Shown: piece after piece, positions 1-9,072 of the stretch
Numbering within the stretch: position 1 is the stretch's first letter
Layout: each line of letters starts with the position of its first letter
Position numbers and translations under genes: made by a program
Assembly: GCA_963714695.1 (NCBI GenBank)
Contig: CAVQPQ010000003.1
Coordinates: 692,493-756,492, forward strand
Direction of reading: 5' to 3'
Length of the DNA stretch: 64,000 nt
Source: an uncultured Verrucomicrobiae bacterium
GTDB taxonomy: Bacteria > Verrucomicrobiota > Verrucomicrobiia > Limisphaerales > UBA11358
The notes under the pieces: generated by a model
The model's database searches: none
What the model was told of the DNA's origin: nothing
What the model saw: the letters and a program-made list of their open reading frames with translations, nothing else

Positions 1-89
1 ATCTTGCGAAGCATCGTGGGGAATTCAACCACGAAAGGATGCATTTGAACACAAAGAATTTTACGTTCCCGAGAATCCGCGCGCCCGCG

Positions 90-680
90 TCACTTGGGCG
101 TGCCAACCGCCGCCTGCGGATTGCCCTTGATGGTCGCCCGCGCGACTTTAATCTGGTCGGCGGTGACCGCGCCGTTTTGGTTGCCCCATGATTCGCGGAT
201 GTAGGTCAGCACGGCAGCCAGATCGGTGTCCGACAACGACGCGCCCATCGCGGCCATGGACAGGCTCCAATCGCGGCCTTTGACCTGAATCAAACCGTTA
301 AGCCCGGTCAGCGGAATGCGCGCGAGCGACGTGATGTCCTTGGCGACCCATTCGGAGCTGGCCAGCGGCGGTGCCTGGCCTGGTTTGCCGAGGCCGTCGG
401 TGCCGTGGCAAAGGCCGCAATATGTTTCATAAACTTTCTTGCCATGAGCCAGCATCGAGGCGGCGCCGGATTTGGGCTGGTAGGAGGCCAGTTCTTCGGC
501 GGAGGTGTAAGGCGCATAGACCTGCTTGTCGAACCAGCCGCTGTGATGGTCGAAATATACCGCGCCCAAAAATAACAGCAGAAGCGTCAGCACAATGATC
601 CAAATGGGCATCGCCGAGCGCGATGCCGTCGGTTCGGCCTCGGGCGTTTGCGATTCGCTGGGTTTTAATGCTTCATTCAT
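90..680 (-). CDS. membrane-anchored monoheme class-I c-type cytochrome
   Basis: 196-aa ORF with one N-terminal hydrophobic helix (PIWIIVLTLLLLFLGAVYF) followed by a single heme motif, CGLCH. It is co-directional with and about 90 nt downstream of the hexaheme gene, and is the last visible gene of the bc-type operon. Confidence 0.8.
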   Translation of the reverse strand: MNEALKPSESQTPEAEPTASRSAMPIWIIVLTLLLLFLGAVYFDHHSGWFDKQVYAPYTSAEELASYQPKSGAASMLAHGKKVYETYCGLCHGTDGLGKPGQAPPLASSEWVAKDITSLARIPLTGLNGLIQVKGRDWSLSMAAMGASLSDTDLAAVLTYIRESWGNQNGAVTADQIKVARATIKGNPQAAVGTPK

Positions 681-769
681 GAGTCAACCGGCTGTGGGAT
701 TATGGCAAAAAGATCGTCGGCGGCGCGAGCCGTTTTTCAACGCTGCCACCGCAACCCGACCACCGGCGG

Positions 770-2158
770 TTAAAAACCCGGATTCTCTTCCTTGGGCTTC
801 AAGCTGAAAAGATAAGCGACCAGGTCGTCCAGCTCGGAATCCTTGATGATGCCGGCCCAGGCAGCCATGAAAAGCGGGGGCGCTGGACGTTTCGGATCGA
901 GTGCCGTGATTTCGCGCTGGCCATTGAGGATGCGCTTTTTCAATTCGCCCTTGGTGTAACCGTCGGCCACGTAGATCAGACCGGGCACCTGCTCGGCGGT
1001 CTTGGCATTGGGATTGGGCACGCCGCCTTTGGCATCGGCGCCGTGACAGCCGGCACAACCGTATTTGCGGAAGACTTCCCGTCCCCGCTCAACCGGGCTC
1101 ATGAGCGATGGCAGGCTTAACGCCACTTTCTGATCGCGCAAGTGCACCAGAAAATCCGTCAGCGCGCGGGCTTCGGTCTCGGTGAAACCAAACCGCGGCA
1201 TGACCGTGCCGGAACTGACGGTCTGCGGATCACGGAAGTGCTGGATCATCCACTCGGGCTGGCGCCGCAAGCCGACGTCGTCCAGCGCCGGGCCGATCTT
1301 GCCGCCCTGGTCGCCGATGGAGTGGCAACCGATGCAGCCTTTCTGCTGGAATAATCGCTGTCCTTCGCTGGCGCTGGGGATGACCCGCATGGAGGCATAG
1401 TAGCCGGGCGCCGACTCGCCGGTCTGGCTGAGCATGAAAAGAACGATCGCTTCGAGGTTCGTCTCGGAAAACTTTTGCGGCGGCATCGCGGAGCCGGGCG
1501 TGACCGATACGGGCGCGAGGAAATGTTTCTTCAGCCATTCCGGCGAACGGCGGGCGCCGACCTTGTCGAGTTCCGGTCCAACCACGCCACCGGCGCCATT
1601 AAGTTTGTGGCAGCCGCGGCAGCCGCTGTCCTCGAACACCTGCTGGCCGCGCGCCAGTTCGGGCGCGGCGGGATTGTCGGCGGCCTCGTGGCATTGGCCG
1701 CAGGAAGCTTGGATGTATTGCAGCGGCAACATCGGCTGATCCCAGTGCGGCACGTTGCCGTGCGCATCGGCGGTGGTCGTGGCGCGGCCCTGTCCGCGAT
1801 GGCAGATGGTGCAGCCAAAACGATCGAACGGGTGCTGTTCGTGCAATGGATGGTAGGCGAGCGGTTGCGGGTAGCCGCCGTAGCTCGGGTCTTCCACCGC
1901 GAGATGGCAGGTGGTGCAGCGGTCCACGCGGTTGAGATCGGGCAGGAGAATTTGACGGACTTGGACCGGGATCTGTTCGGCCAGCGCCAGTTGTTGCGGC
2001 GTCGAGGCGCGGCGGATTTCCTCCGCGATGAATTTGTGCTGATAATTCTTCCACTCGCGGTACTCGTCACGGTAATAACCGATGACGACGAGAACACCGA
2101 CCACGAGACCGAGCACGGTGAACCAGCCATAGAATTTGCGGACAGAAAGGTTGTTCAT
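770..2158 (-). CDS. hexaheme c-type cytochrome, putative subunit of a Rieske/cytochrome b complex
   Basis: 462-aa ORF with an N-terminal TM helix (FYGWFTVLGLVVGVLVVIGYY) and six CxxCH motifs (CTTCH, CTICH, CGQCH, CRGCH, CIGCH, CAGCH). Its start codon lies 1 nt after the cytochrome b stop. Confidence 0.85.
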   Translation of the reverse strand: MNNLSVRKFYGWFTVLGLVVGVLVVIGYYRDEYREWKNYQHKFIAEEIRRASTPQQLALAEQIPVQVRQILLPDLNRVDRCTTCHLAVEDPSYGGYPQPLAYHPLHEQHPFDRFGCTICHRGQGRATTTADAHGNVPHWDQPMLPLQYIQASCGQCHEAADNPAAPELARGQQVFEDSGCRGCHKLNGAGGVVGPELDKVGARRSPEWLKKHFLAPVSVTPGSAMPPQKFSETNLEAIVLFMLSQTGESAPGYYASMRVIPSASEGQRLFQQKGCIGCHSIGDQGGKIGPALDDVGLRRQPEWMIQHFRDPQTVSSGTVMPRFGFTETEARALTDFLVHLRDQKVALSLPSLMSPVERGREVFRKYGCAGCHGADAKGGVPNPNAKTAEQVPGLIYVADGYTKGELKKRILNGQREITALDPKRPAPPLFMAAWAGIIKDSELDDLVAYLFSLKPKEENPGF

Positions 2159-2159
2159 G

Positions 2160-3446
2160 TCAGTGGCCCTCCGTGATTGCCGGCGGTTGCTGCCACGGCA
2201 CCACCCAGCCCCAGTTCGGGCCGCGGAAACAGGTGCCGATAATTGTCAGCACGATGGCCGTCGCCAGGCAGACGGTGAAAATGGTATTGGCGACCACGCG
2301 TTCGCGGGCGAACCAGCGACCGACGCCCTGGCGCTGGCGATCCAGGTAGGGCAACAGCATCAGTGCCGCCACGAGCAAGCCGGGCACCACCACACCGCCC
2401 CAGAACGCCGAGTAGCTGACCAGTTCCTGCAGGCCGAGGAAATACCACGGCGCCTTTGCGGGATTCGGCGGATGAATCTGGTTGGCGAGTTCCTCCAGCG
2501 GCGCGTTCCAGAAAATCGCCAGGAACAGCACCACCGCCGTCACCAGCAGAAACAGCAGCACCTCGCGGAAAACCAGGTGTGGCCAGGAGAACACCTCGTC
2601 TTCCGGGTTCTTGCCCACTTGCGGCGTCGTGCCGCGCGCGAGTTCCATCAGGCCGTAGCTCTTGTTCGTCGGCAGTTGCTTGAGGTCCATCTGCTGAACG
2701 ATGTCGCCCGGTTCGTCGGGACGCGACAACCCGCCATCCTTGCGCACGCGCCAGAGATGGACAGCCACCATCAGCAGCGCCGCCGACGGCAACACGATCA
2801 CATGCAGCGCGTAAAACCGGGTCAGCGACTCCTGCCCGACCACGTTCCCGCCCAACAGCAGATATTTTATCTTGAGACCGATGACCGGGGCGTAGCCGGC
2901 GATGTTGGTGCCGACGGTGATCGCCCAGAACGCGAGCTGGTCCCACGGCAGCAGATAGCCGGTGAAACTCAAACCCAGGGTCAGCAGGAACAGTCCAACG
3001 CCAATCACCCAGTTGAACTCGCGCGGGCGTTTGTAGGCGCCGGTGTAAAACACGCGGCACATGTGCAGCAGCACGAACAGCACCATCAGGTGCGCCGCCC
3101 AGCGGTGCATGTTGCGGATGACCAGTCCGGCGGAGACGACATACTGCAAGTCCTTCATGATGTCGTACGCCTTCTCGGTGCTGGGCACATAATAGAACAT
3201 GAGCAACACGCCGGTGACGATCAGGATCAGGAACAGGTAAAGCGAAATCAAGCCCAGCCCGAGCGAGTAGGAGGCGCGCAGCGAATGGCGGTTGACCTTC
3301 GCCGGCTGCATGTGCAGCAGAAAACTGGAGACCATTGCCTGCGACCGCTCCAGGTTGCTCTCCGGCAGGCCGACGCGAAAGATCGAGCGGCCGACGCGCG
3401 TGCGCGTGAACCACTGCCAGATTCGTTTGGGCAAAGGCGCGTTCAC
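2160..3446 (-). CDS. cytochrome b (b6 plus subunit-IV-like, single polypeptide)
   Basis: Multi-TM ORF with a cytochrome b/b6-like stretch ([37 protein letters not shown]). The track ORF extends to 3530, but a GTG at 3446 overlaps the Rieske stop as GTGA, so 3446 is taken as the likely start. Confidence 0.85.
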   Translation of the reverse strand: MNAPLPKRIWQWFTRTRVGRSIFRVGLPESNLERSQAMVSSFLLHMQPAKVNRHSLRASYSLGLGLISLYLFLILIVTGVLLMFYYVPSTEKAYDIMKDLQYVVSAGLVIRNMHRWAAHLMVLFVLLHMCRVFYTGAYKRPREFNWVIGVGLFLLTLGLSFTGYLLPWDQLAFWAITVGTNIAGYAPVIGLKIKYLLLGGNVVGQESLTRFYALHVIVLPSAALLMVAVHLWRVRKDGGLSRPDEPGDIVQQMDLKQLPTNKSYGLMELARGTTPQVGKNPEDEVFSWPHLVFREVLLFLLVTAVVLFLAIFWNAPLEELANQIHPPNPAKAPWYFLGLQELVSYSAFWGGVVVPGLLVAALMLLPYLDRQRQGVGRWFARERVVANTIFTVCLATAIVLTIIGTCFRGPNWGWVVPWQQPPAITEGH

Positions 3447-3919
3447 AAGACAAGGTATTTGTCCGCGGCCACAAGCTGGTTTTTGTCCACCAGCAGCCGG
3501 TTGTCCTTGCTCAACGTTATTTGAAACCATTCCAGCCCGCGCGGGGCCGGGCCGCCTTTGACGGCGCCCTGGTCGTCAAACACGCTGCCGTGGCACGGGC
3601 AATGGTAACCATGGTCGGCGCGGTTGACCGTACAGCCGAGGTGCGTGCAGATCGCCGAGAGACAGCGGAACGTGTTGCCCTGGCGCACGAGAAAGACCCG
3701 CTCCGCTTCCAAAAACGTCACGGAACCGTCGGGATAATCGTCGGGCTTGCCGGCCTTGAAGCGCAAGCTCGGCTCGTACAACACATTCGGCACGAGAAAG
3801 CGCACGGCTCCGGCTGACGCCGCCACCACCGCGAAGGTGCTGGCGAGCCAGCCCAGCGTGAGCTGGAAGAAACTGCGCCGGGAAACTTCGTTTTTGTTTT
3901 CCGAGGTGGTGTGATTCAT
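3443..3919 (-). CDS. Rieske [2Fe-2S] iron-sulfur protein
   Basis: 158-aa ORF with a twin-arginine-like signal ([10 protein letters not shown]), a TM anchor, and both Rieske cluster boxes (CTHLGC and CPCHGS). Confidence 0.9.
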   Translation of the reverse strand: MNHTTSENKNEVSRRSFFQLTLGWLASTFAVVAASAGAVRFLVPNVLYEPSLRFKAGKPDDYPDGSVTFLEAERVFLVRQGNTFRCLSAICTHLGCTVNRADHGYHCPCHGSVFDDQGAVKGGPAPRGLEWFQITLSKDNRLLVDKNQLVAADKYLVL

Positions 3920-3922
3920 ATA

Positions 3923-5845
3923 TCAAGCGGGCACCAATTCCACGCGTTCCATGGTGATCGCGCCGGTGGGACAGCGGGCGGCGCACAGGCCGCAGCGGAT
4001 GCAGCGGGTTTCGTCCTTGATGATCGCGCCCTGTTCGCCTGGTTCGGGCGCGCGCCCGTAACGCACGAGGAAGGCGCCCTGCAACTTTTCATCGCCGCGC
4101 AGGTTGGCGGCATCCACCAGCCGCAGGCAGTATTCCGGACAAACATCGGCGCAGCCGCCACAGAGGATACACTCGTCGCCGTTGAACACCGGACCGACGT
4201 GACATTTCAAGCAGCGATCCGCCTGCAGCCGCGCGGCGGGTTCCGGATAATCTTTTTCCACCTCGGCAATCCCGATGCGCCGGTCCAGTGGCAGCGTCGG
4301 CGGCGGACGGCGGACGAACTTTTCGTAATCGGGCTTCATCCGGTACTGGAGCGTGTTGTAAATCGTCACGCGCGCCTGGCGCGGCTCGGCGGGCACGCGG
4401 CCCGTGAGGAATTTCGCAATGGAATTCGCCGCTTTCTTGCCCTCCGCAACCGCGGTGATGATGATTCGCGGCCCAAACGCCACGTCACCGCCCGCGAACA
4501 CGTCGGGACGCGACGTGGCCATCGTCACTGGATCGGTTTGCAACGCTCCGCGCGGCGTCACCTTCAAATTGTCCTCGGGATGAATCCAGGCCAGGTCCGC
4601 CGACTGGCCGATAGCGAGAACGACGGTGTCGCAATCCACAATCTCTTCGCTGCCTTCAATGAACTGCGGATTGAACCGGCGGTTCTCGTCGAAGACCCGG
4701 CCAGCCTTGATCAGTTCGATGCCCGAGACTTTCCCATCGCTGCCGACGATGCGTTTTGGGCCGAAGCGCGTGTGGAGCCGGATGCCTTCCTTTTCCGCCT
4801 CCTCGATTTCCTCGCGCGCAGCGGGGATTTCGTCGAGGCTCTCGAGGCAATACATGTGGACTTCAGGCACACCCTTGCGGATGGCTTCCCGCGCCACGTC
4901 CAAAGCGAGGCGCACCTCGTCGGGCGCCTCCGGTTCGCGCGCGGTCAATTGTTCCAGCGCAGACGCGGCCTGATGCAGTGCCTCACGCAATTCCGCCTCG
5001 CTCATCCCCGCAAATTTTTCCGTCTGGCGGACGACCGAGCGCGCCACGTCGAAAGCGACGTTGCCGCCGCCGATGACGACCACCTTGCGGCCGAGCGACA
5101 CGCGATAGCCCAGGTTGACGTTCAGGAGGAAATCAATCGCGCGCAGCACGCCATCCAATTGCACGCCCTCGATGGACAGCTCGCGGCTTTTGTGCGCGCC
5201 GATGCCGAGGAACACGGCTTCAAAGCCTTGCTGCTTGAGATCGGCAAAAGCGAAGTCCTTGCCCAGCCGGGTGTTCAGGCGAATTTCCACACCGAGCGAT
5301 TCGATCGCGGCGATTTCCGCCCGGATGATTTCACGCGGCAGCCGGTATTCGGGCACGCCGAGCACCAGCATGCCGCCGGCCAGGTTGTGCGCTTCGAAAA
5401 CCGTCGGAGCGAATCCCATCAATGCCAGCTCGTGCGCGCAGGACAGGCCCGCCGGACCAGCCCCAACGATGGCCACCTTGCGTCCGCCGCCGATGCGTTC
5501 GCGTCGCGGATCGCGCAATTCGGGATAGACGCGGCCCAAGTCGAACTGGTTCGACTCGACGCCGAATTTTTCACAGACAAACCGTTTCAACGCGCGGATC
5601 GAGATGGAGGCATCGAGTGCGCCGCGCCGACATTTCGCCTCGCACGGCGCGGCGCAAACACGGCCGCAGATGGAGGCGAAAGGATTGGGCGTGCGGGCAA
5701 TGACGTAGGCGTCCTCGTAACGCCCTTCGGCGATGGCCTGCACATAGCCGCCGGAATCCGTCCGAACCGGACAACCTTCACGGCAAAGGACCTGCCGGGT
5801 GAAATAACTCACATCCGGCAGTTCGACTGGATAGGTCGTGGGCAT
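3923..5845 (-). CDS. GltD-like (glutamate synthase small-subunit family) NAD(P)H-dependent flavoprotein with C-terminal 2x[4Fe-4S] ferredoxin motifs
   Basis: 640-aa ORF. The N-terminal Cys-rich region (ICGRVCAAPCEAKC) is typical of GltD-type proteins. It has a dinucleotide fold (KVAIVGAGPAGLSCAHEL, plus a second VVVIGGGNVAFD). The C-terminus carries CxxCxxCxxxCP-type motifs (CILCGGCADVCP, CIRCGLCAARCP). The stop lies 3 nt upstream of the Rieske start. Confidence 0.8.
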   Translation of the reverse strand: MPTTYPVELPDVSYFTRQVLCREGCPVRTDSGGYVQAIAEGRYEDAYVIARTPNPFASICGRVCAAPCEAKCRRGALDASISIRALKRFVCEKFGVESNQFDLGRVYPELRDPRRERIGGGRKVAIVGAGPAGLSCAHELALMGFAPTVFEAHNLAGGMLVLGVPEYRLPREIIRAEIAAIESLGVEIRLNTRLGKDFAFADLKQQGFEAVFLGIGAHKSRELSIEGVQLDGVLRAIDFLLNVNLGYRVSLGRKVVVIGGGNVAFDVARSVVRQTEKFAGMSEAELREALHQAASALEQLTAREPEAPDEVRLALDVAREAIRKGVPEVHMYCLESLDEIPAAREEIEEAEKEGIRLHTRFGPKRIVGSDGKVSGIELIKAGRVFDENRRFNPQFIEGSEEIVDCDTVVLAIGQSADLAWIHPEDNLKVTPRGALQTDPVTMATSRPDVFAGGDVAFGPRIIITAVAEGKKAANSIAKFLTGRVPAEPRQARVTIYNTLQYRMKPDYEKFVRRPPPTLPLDRRIGIAEVEKDYPEPAARLQADRCLKCHVGPVFNGDECILCGGCADVCPEYCLRLVDAANLRGDEKLQGAFLVRYGRAPEPGEQGAIIKDETRCIRCGLCAARCPTGAITMERVELVPA

Positions 5846-5863
5846 TCCAGTTCGGTCAGCGGA

Positions 5864-6346
5864 CTACTTCGAATCGTACTTGTCGTGGACTTCCTTGATC
5901 TTGGCCTCGGCAGCCACCTTCTCGTCGGCGCTCAACTTGGCGAGCTTGTCGTCGAGCATCGCTTTCTTGCGGATGCTGGCGTCATAGACGAGGAAATCGT
6001 AAATTTTTTTGCCGTCGCCGCTACTGATACCCGAACCGGGCTTGTGCATCATCCGTTTGATGTAGCGCGACCACTCGTCGGGCGTGGCGTAGTCGGAGTT
6101 GATGGGCCGGCTCAGTTTGTGGCATTGTGTGCATTTGGTGCTGAACACTTCGTAGTCGTCCTTGATACCATCCGGGTATTTGGAGACATCAATGGAGGCC
6201 GGGCCTTTTTCGAAACGTTCGACGCGCGCCTTGGTATCAGCGTCGAGTTGGTCTTCCGCGCGCGCCAAGCCCGCTGTCAAGGCGAGCGCCGCCAGGCCAA
6301 GGAGCAGGGTGGTGAATTTTGTGGTCATAATGGGAGTTCCTTTCAT
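5864..6346 (-). CDS. small secreted monoheme cytochrome c-like protein
   Basis: 160-aa ORF with a signal peptide (TLLLGLAALALTAGLARA), a single CTQCH, and a following EW..YIKRMM motif. An alternative ATG at 6328 has a better AAGGA spacer. The ORF abuts the porin stop (TAG-ATG). Confidence 0.65.
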   Translation of the reverse strand: MKGTPIMTTKFTTLLLGLAALALTAGLARAEDQLDADTKARVERFEKGPASIDVSKYPDGIKDDYEVFSTKCTQCHKLSRPINSDYATPDEWSRYIKRMMHKPGSGISSGDGKKIYDFLVYDASIRKKAMLDDKLAKLSADEKVAAEAKIKEVHDKYDSK

Positions 6347-7744
6347 CTAAAATCCATACGAGAGCTGGATGACAAATTCATTGGACGGCAGCGCATCGGG
6401 ACCCCGGCTGTGCAGCCATTCATAGTCACCTTCGAGCAGCAAGGTGTTCGTAAGGTAATAAACGATCCCGGCCGTGACGCGGTCGGTGGTTGTTCCCTGA
6501 CCGTCGTTCACTCCGTCGTAGCGGCTGACCAACTCAACATCGCTGACGACGGGCATATCCAAATTCAGTCCCGCCAGCTTGTAAGCTCCCTGTATCCACC
6601 AGCCTCGCGCCCGGATGGTGCCGGCATCGGTGGTCTGTTGCCAGGTGTTGATATACTCACCTTTTACCTCGGTGTAAGGGCCAATGTGCACGGCGGCATC
6701 AACGACCGCAGCCGACCAAAGCTCCTGGCCGGCGCTGTCCCAAGGACCAGCCTGGCCGGAAACTCCCAGTTCGATGTCGTAATGCGGCTTCCACGGATAA
6801 AACCAACCGATCCGGCCGCCACCGCTGGGATTGCCGTTGAGGTTGCCGGAACTGCCGTCGGCATTGACGCCCACATTTCCGTTGAGACTTATATTGGGTA
6901 TCGTATTGCCGTTGACATCAATGGTGGTGGCGCGTCCGGTGCCGTCAACCGACGACGGCCCGTTGGCGGCATAAACCGCATAAGTCACCATCTGTCCGGA
7001 ATCGCCCACAGGCAGGGAGCCGCGGATCTGTGCACCCGCGCCCGCGCCGGGCAGGAAATCCACCGCCAGCGGATCATCCGGTATTTTGTTGAGCCAGCCG
7101 GCGCCACGTTCGCTGTAAGTGCCCAGCGGCAATAACATGTAACCGGCCACCAGGGTCACGTAATCGTTGAAGAGATAATCCAATTGCGCGAAACTCAAGC
7201 TCACCGAGGTTCCGGCGTCGCCATTGCCCGTCTGATTATTCTGCAAGCTTACCGCCGAGTTCTGCAGGGTCACATCGAAGCCCGCCTCGAACAGTATGTT
7301 GTCGCTTGCCCGGAACAGGAAGATCGGCGCGAAATCGGCCATCACAAAGCCGCTGTGCGAACCCTGTGATCGGCCGAATTGAACTTCGGCGTCGCCCGCC
7401 ATCGTGAAGTTGTGCAACGCGCTCATGACGCCGCTGGGGATGGGATTAACCGGTTGAATTTTGGCCGCTTCGTCGGCTTTCTGCTCCGCGTTGGTGGCCA
7501 GCATTTGCGTTTCACCCAGCCGCTGCTCCAACTGTTGGATGGTCTGCTGGTCCTGAAGGTGCGTTTGCTGGTCCTGTTCGTGCAATTTTTCCAACTGGCC
7601 AATCCGCTGGTCCTGGTTGGTGACCATGCTTCGCAACGCATTGAAATCCTCATCACTGATTATCGCCGCCGTGCGCGGGGTCAAGGCGACACCCAGCGCA
7701 CAAGCTGCTGCCGCTGCGCCTAAAATAAAGGAAGAAATTTTCAT
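6347..7744 (-). CDS. outer-membrane beta-barrel porin with N-terminal coiled coil (phosphate-selective porin O/P-like)
   Basis: The track ORF runs to 7918, but an internal ATG at 7744 gives a signal peptide (MKISSFILGAAAAACALGVAL). A Gln/Glu-rich coiled coil follows (IGQLEKLHEQDQQTHLQDQQTIQQLEQRL). The remainder has alternating beta-strand-like sequence and ends in an aromatic residue (LSYGF). Confidence 0.7.
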   Translation of the reverse strand: MKISSFILGAAAAACALGVALTPRTAAIISDEDFNALRSMVTNQDQRIGQLEKLHEQDQQTHLQDQQTIQQLEQRLGETQMLATNAEQKADEAAKIQPVNPIPSGVMSALHNFTMAGDAEVQFGRSQGSHSGFVMADFAPIFLFRASDNILFEAGFDVTLQNSAVSLQNNQTGNGDAGTSVSLSFAQLDYLFNDYVTLVAGYMLLPLGTYSERGAGWLNKIPDDPLAVDFLPGAGAGAQIRGSLPVGDSGQMVTYAVYAANGPSSVDGTGRATTIDVNGNTIPNISLNGNVGVNADGSSGNLNGNPSGGGRIGWFYPWKPHYDIELGVSGQAGPWDSAGQELWSAAVVDAAVHIGPYTEVKGEYINTWQQTTDAGTIRARGWWIQGAYKLAGLNLDMPVVSDVELVSRYDGVNDGQGTTTDRVTAGIVYYLTNTLLLEGDYEWLHSRGPDALPSNEFVIQLSYGF

Positions 7745-7767
7745 GGGTAAAATGTTTAAGGGCGGAT

Positions 7768-8082
7768 TTAATTCCCGGCATCTTCCTGGAGGAATTTGAG
7801 GATTAGCTTCGCCTGCGCCGCGGGGAGATTGGCCCGCACGCGCATGTGCGTGACGATGGTCTTCCACTGGGCCGAGGTGAACTCGGTGGCATACCGCTCC
7901 GGATGGCAGCGGTTGCAATTGATGGTGTACAACTCGGCACCGGTGAGTTTCTTCGCCGCTGGCTTCGAGTCGGTTTTCTTTTCCGGTTCGGCGTGCGCCA
8001 GAACCACGCTGAGGCAGACGGCCACCAGCGCCAGCGCGCCGGCCAGAACCACCGGCCGTTTATTTTTCAATATTGAGCGCAT
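7768..8082 (-). CDS. small secreted monoheme cytochrome c-like protein (paralogous in motif to 5864-6346)
   Basis: An internal ATG at 8082 is preceded by a strong SD (GAAGGAGAACAATT-ATG). The protein has a signal peptide (VVLAGALALVAVCLSVVLAHA), a single CNRCH, and a QW..IVTHM motif. It is the first gene of the operon. Confidence 0.65.
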   Translation of the reverse strand: MRSILKNKRPVVLAGALALVAVCLSVVLAHAEPEKKTDSKPAAKKLTGAELYTINCNRCHPERYATEFTSAQWKTIVTHMRVRANLPAAQAKLILKFLQEDAGN

Positions 8083-8281
8083 AATTGTTCTCCTTCTTTT
8101 ATTGTTTGCCACAATAGCCAACCTGTCCCAGAAAATGCAATCCACATTATTTATTTTTGTTATAACAACGGATTGCCTGCCAAAACAATGCCAAAATGAA
8201 TGATTTTCGCTTTGCGATTCAACGTCCTGAAAGCGCGTCTCCGCGTAAATCATCAATCAAAAATCGTAAATTGCAGAAGGT

Positions 8282-8352
8282 GTCCCATCTTCTCGCGCTT
8301 GGCCTTCAGATACCGTTCATTGTGCGGATTGGGTTTCACACGGATCGGCAAC
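8282..8352 (-). pseudogene. displaced duplicate of the ribBA 3' coding end (att-like direct repeat, left copy)
   Basis: 63 of 71 nt are identical to 9734-9804. The fragment encodes LPIRVKPNPHNERYLKAKREKMGHLL, versus LPIRVKPNPHNEKYLKAKREKMGHLL-stop in ribBA. No upstream ribBA-like sequence is present, and the stop codon is lost. Confidence 0.7.
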
Positions 8353-8364
8353 GGCTTGCTGTGT

Positions 8365-9072
8365 TCATCCAGCATGCCGCAGTTTTTCCAATTCTTTGCG
8401 CAAGGGCAGCCAGTAAAGTTTGTCCCGTTCGCGCTCATCGGTTTCTTCGGCCAGCAGTGCCGCCTCCAGTTTGGCGGCCTGGCCCAAAACGGCGGACGCC
8501 AGCAACGGGCGGGACGGCACAAGCTGGCGGCATAGTCGCGGGTGGATCTTGGCCAGTTCCACCAACAGTTGCGGGGTGCGGAGTTCCCGCAGCCAGAATT
8601 TCACCTGCGCGGGATTCGGCCGGTCACTTTGCTGAAAGTAGTGCGCTTCGACCAGTCGCCGGATCATCGGCCAGTCCCTGTCACGCTGGGTTTTCTTCGC
8701 CTGCACCAGATCGGGCAACGAAAGCAAATCGCAAGTTGTTCCGTCCGGCAGTTCGATGACAGTGCGCCGCCGCCAGAGCTTGGCGAACGAATCCAACCCG
8801 CGCATTTTGGCCATGACATCCACGCGCATTCGCAATGCCTCCGGGTGCTGGCAGCGAAAATGGATGGCATGGCCTTGGCGGAGGTATTTCAGTTCAAACG
8901 GGGGAACCGCGATGGGTCCGGCCCGCAAGTCGGCCAGCACCCGCCGGAGTCGCGCCAGATTGGCGGCGACGGCGAGGATGGCGAAGTCCGTGTCGCGGCT
9001 AAACTCGGCCGCGCCGTAGAACACGCACGCCTGTCCGCCCATGAGCAGGGCGCGGACGCGGTGCGCGCGCAT
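8365..9072 (-). CDS. hypothetical protein, nucleotidyltransferase-like (MNT/DUF6036-type guess)
   Basis: The ORF is taken from the internal ATG at 9072 (MRAHRVRALLMGGQACVFYGAAEFSRDTDFAI). The GG..A...YG..R.T.D.D pattern resembles minimal nucleotidyltransferase folds. This assignment rests on motif memory only. Confidence 0.5.
   Translation of the reverse strand: MRAHRVRALLMGGQACVFYGAAEFSRDTDFAILAVAANLARLRRVLADLRAGPIAVPPFELKYLRQGHAIHFRCQHPEALRMRVDVMAKMRGLDSFAKLWRRRTVIELPDGTTCDLLSLPDLVQAKKTQRDRDWPMIRRLVEAHYFQQSDRPNPAQVKFWLRELRTPQLLVELAKIHPRLCRQLVPSRPLLASAVLGQAAKLEAALLAEETDERERDKLYWLPLRKELEKLRHAG

Noticed and set aside
1-44. A possible minus-strand gene start (MHPFVVEFPTMLRKI...) running off the left edge.
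   Set aside because: Only 14 codons are visible and there is no clear SD, so it cannot be supported.
2136-3524. A 462-aa plus-strand ORF and a 439-aa minus-strand alternative frame across the cytochrome b gene.
   Set aside because: Only the 2160-3530 frame gives a multi-helix cytochrome b sequence with conserved His. The others are R/H/Q-rich shadow frames.
3911-7135. A 1074-aa ORF on the plus strand, the longest in this part of the track.
   Set aside because: It runs antisense to four minus-strand genes that carry clear motifs: the GltD-like protein, the small cytochrome, the porin and the end of the Rieske gene. Its translation is Arg/Ala/Gly-rich low-complexity sequence with no motif. 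This is the typical stop-free antisense frame of GC-rich coding DNA.
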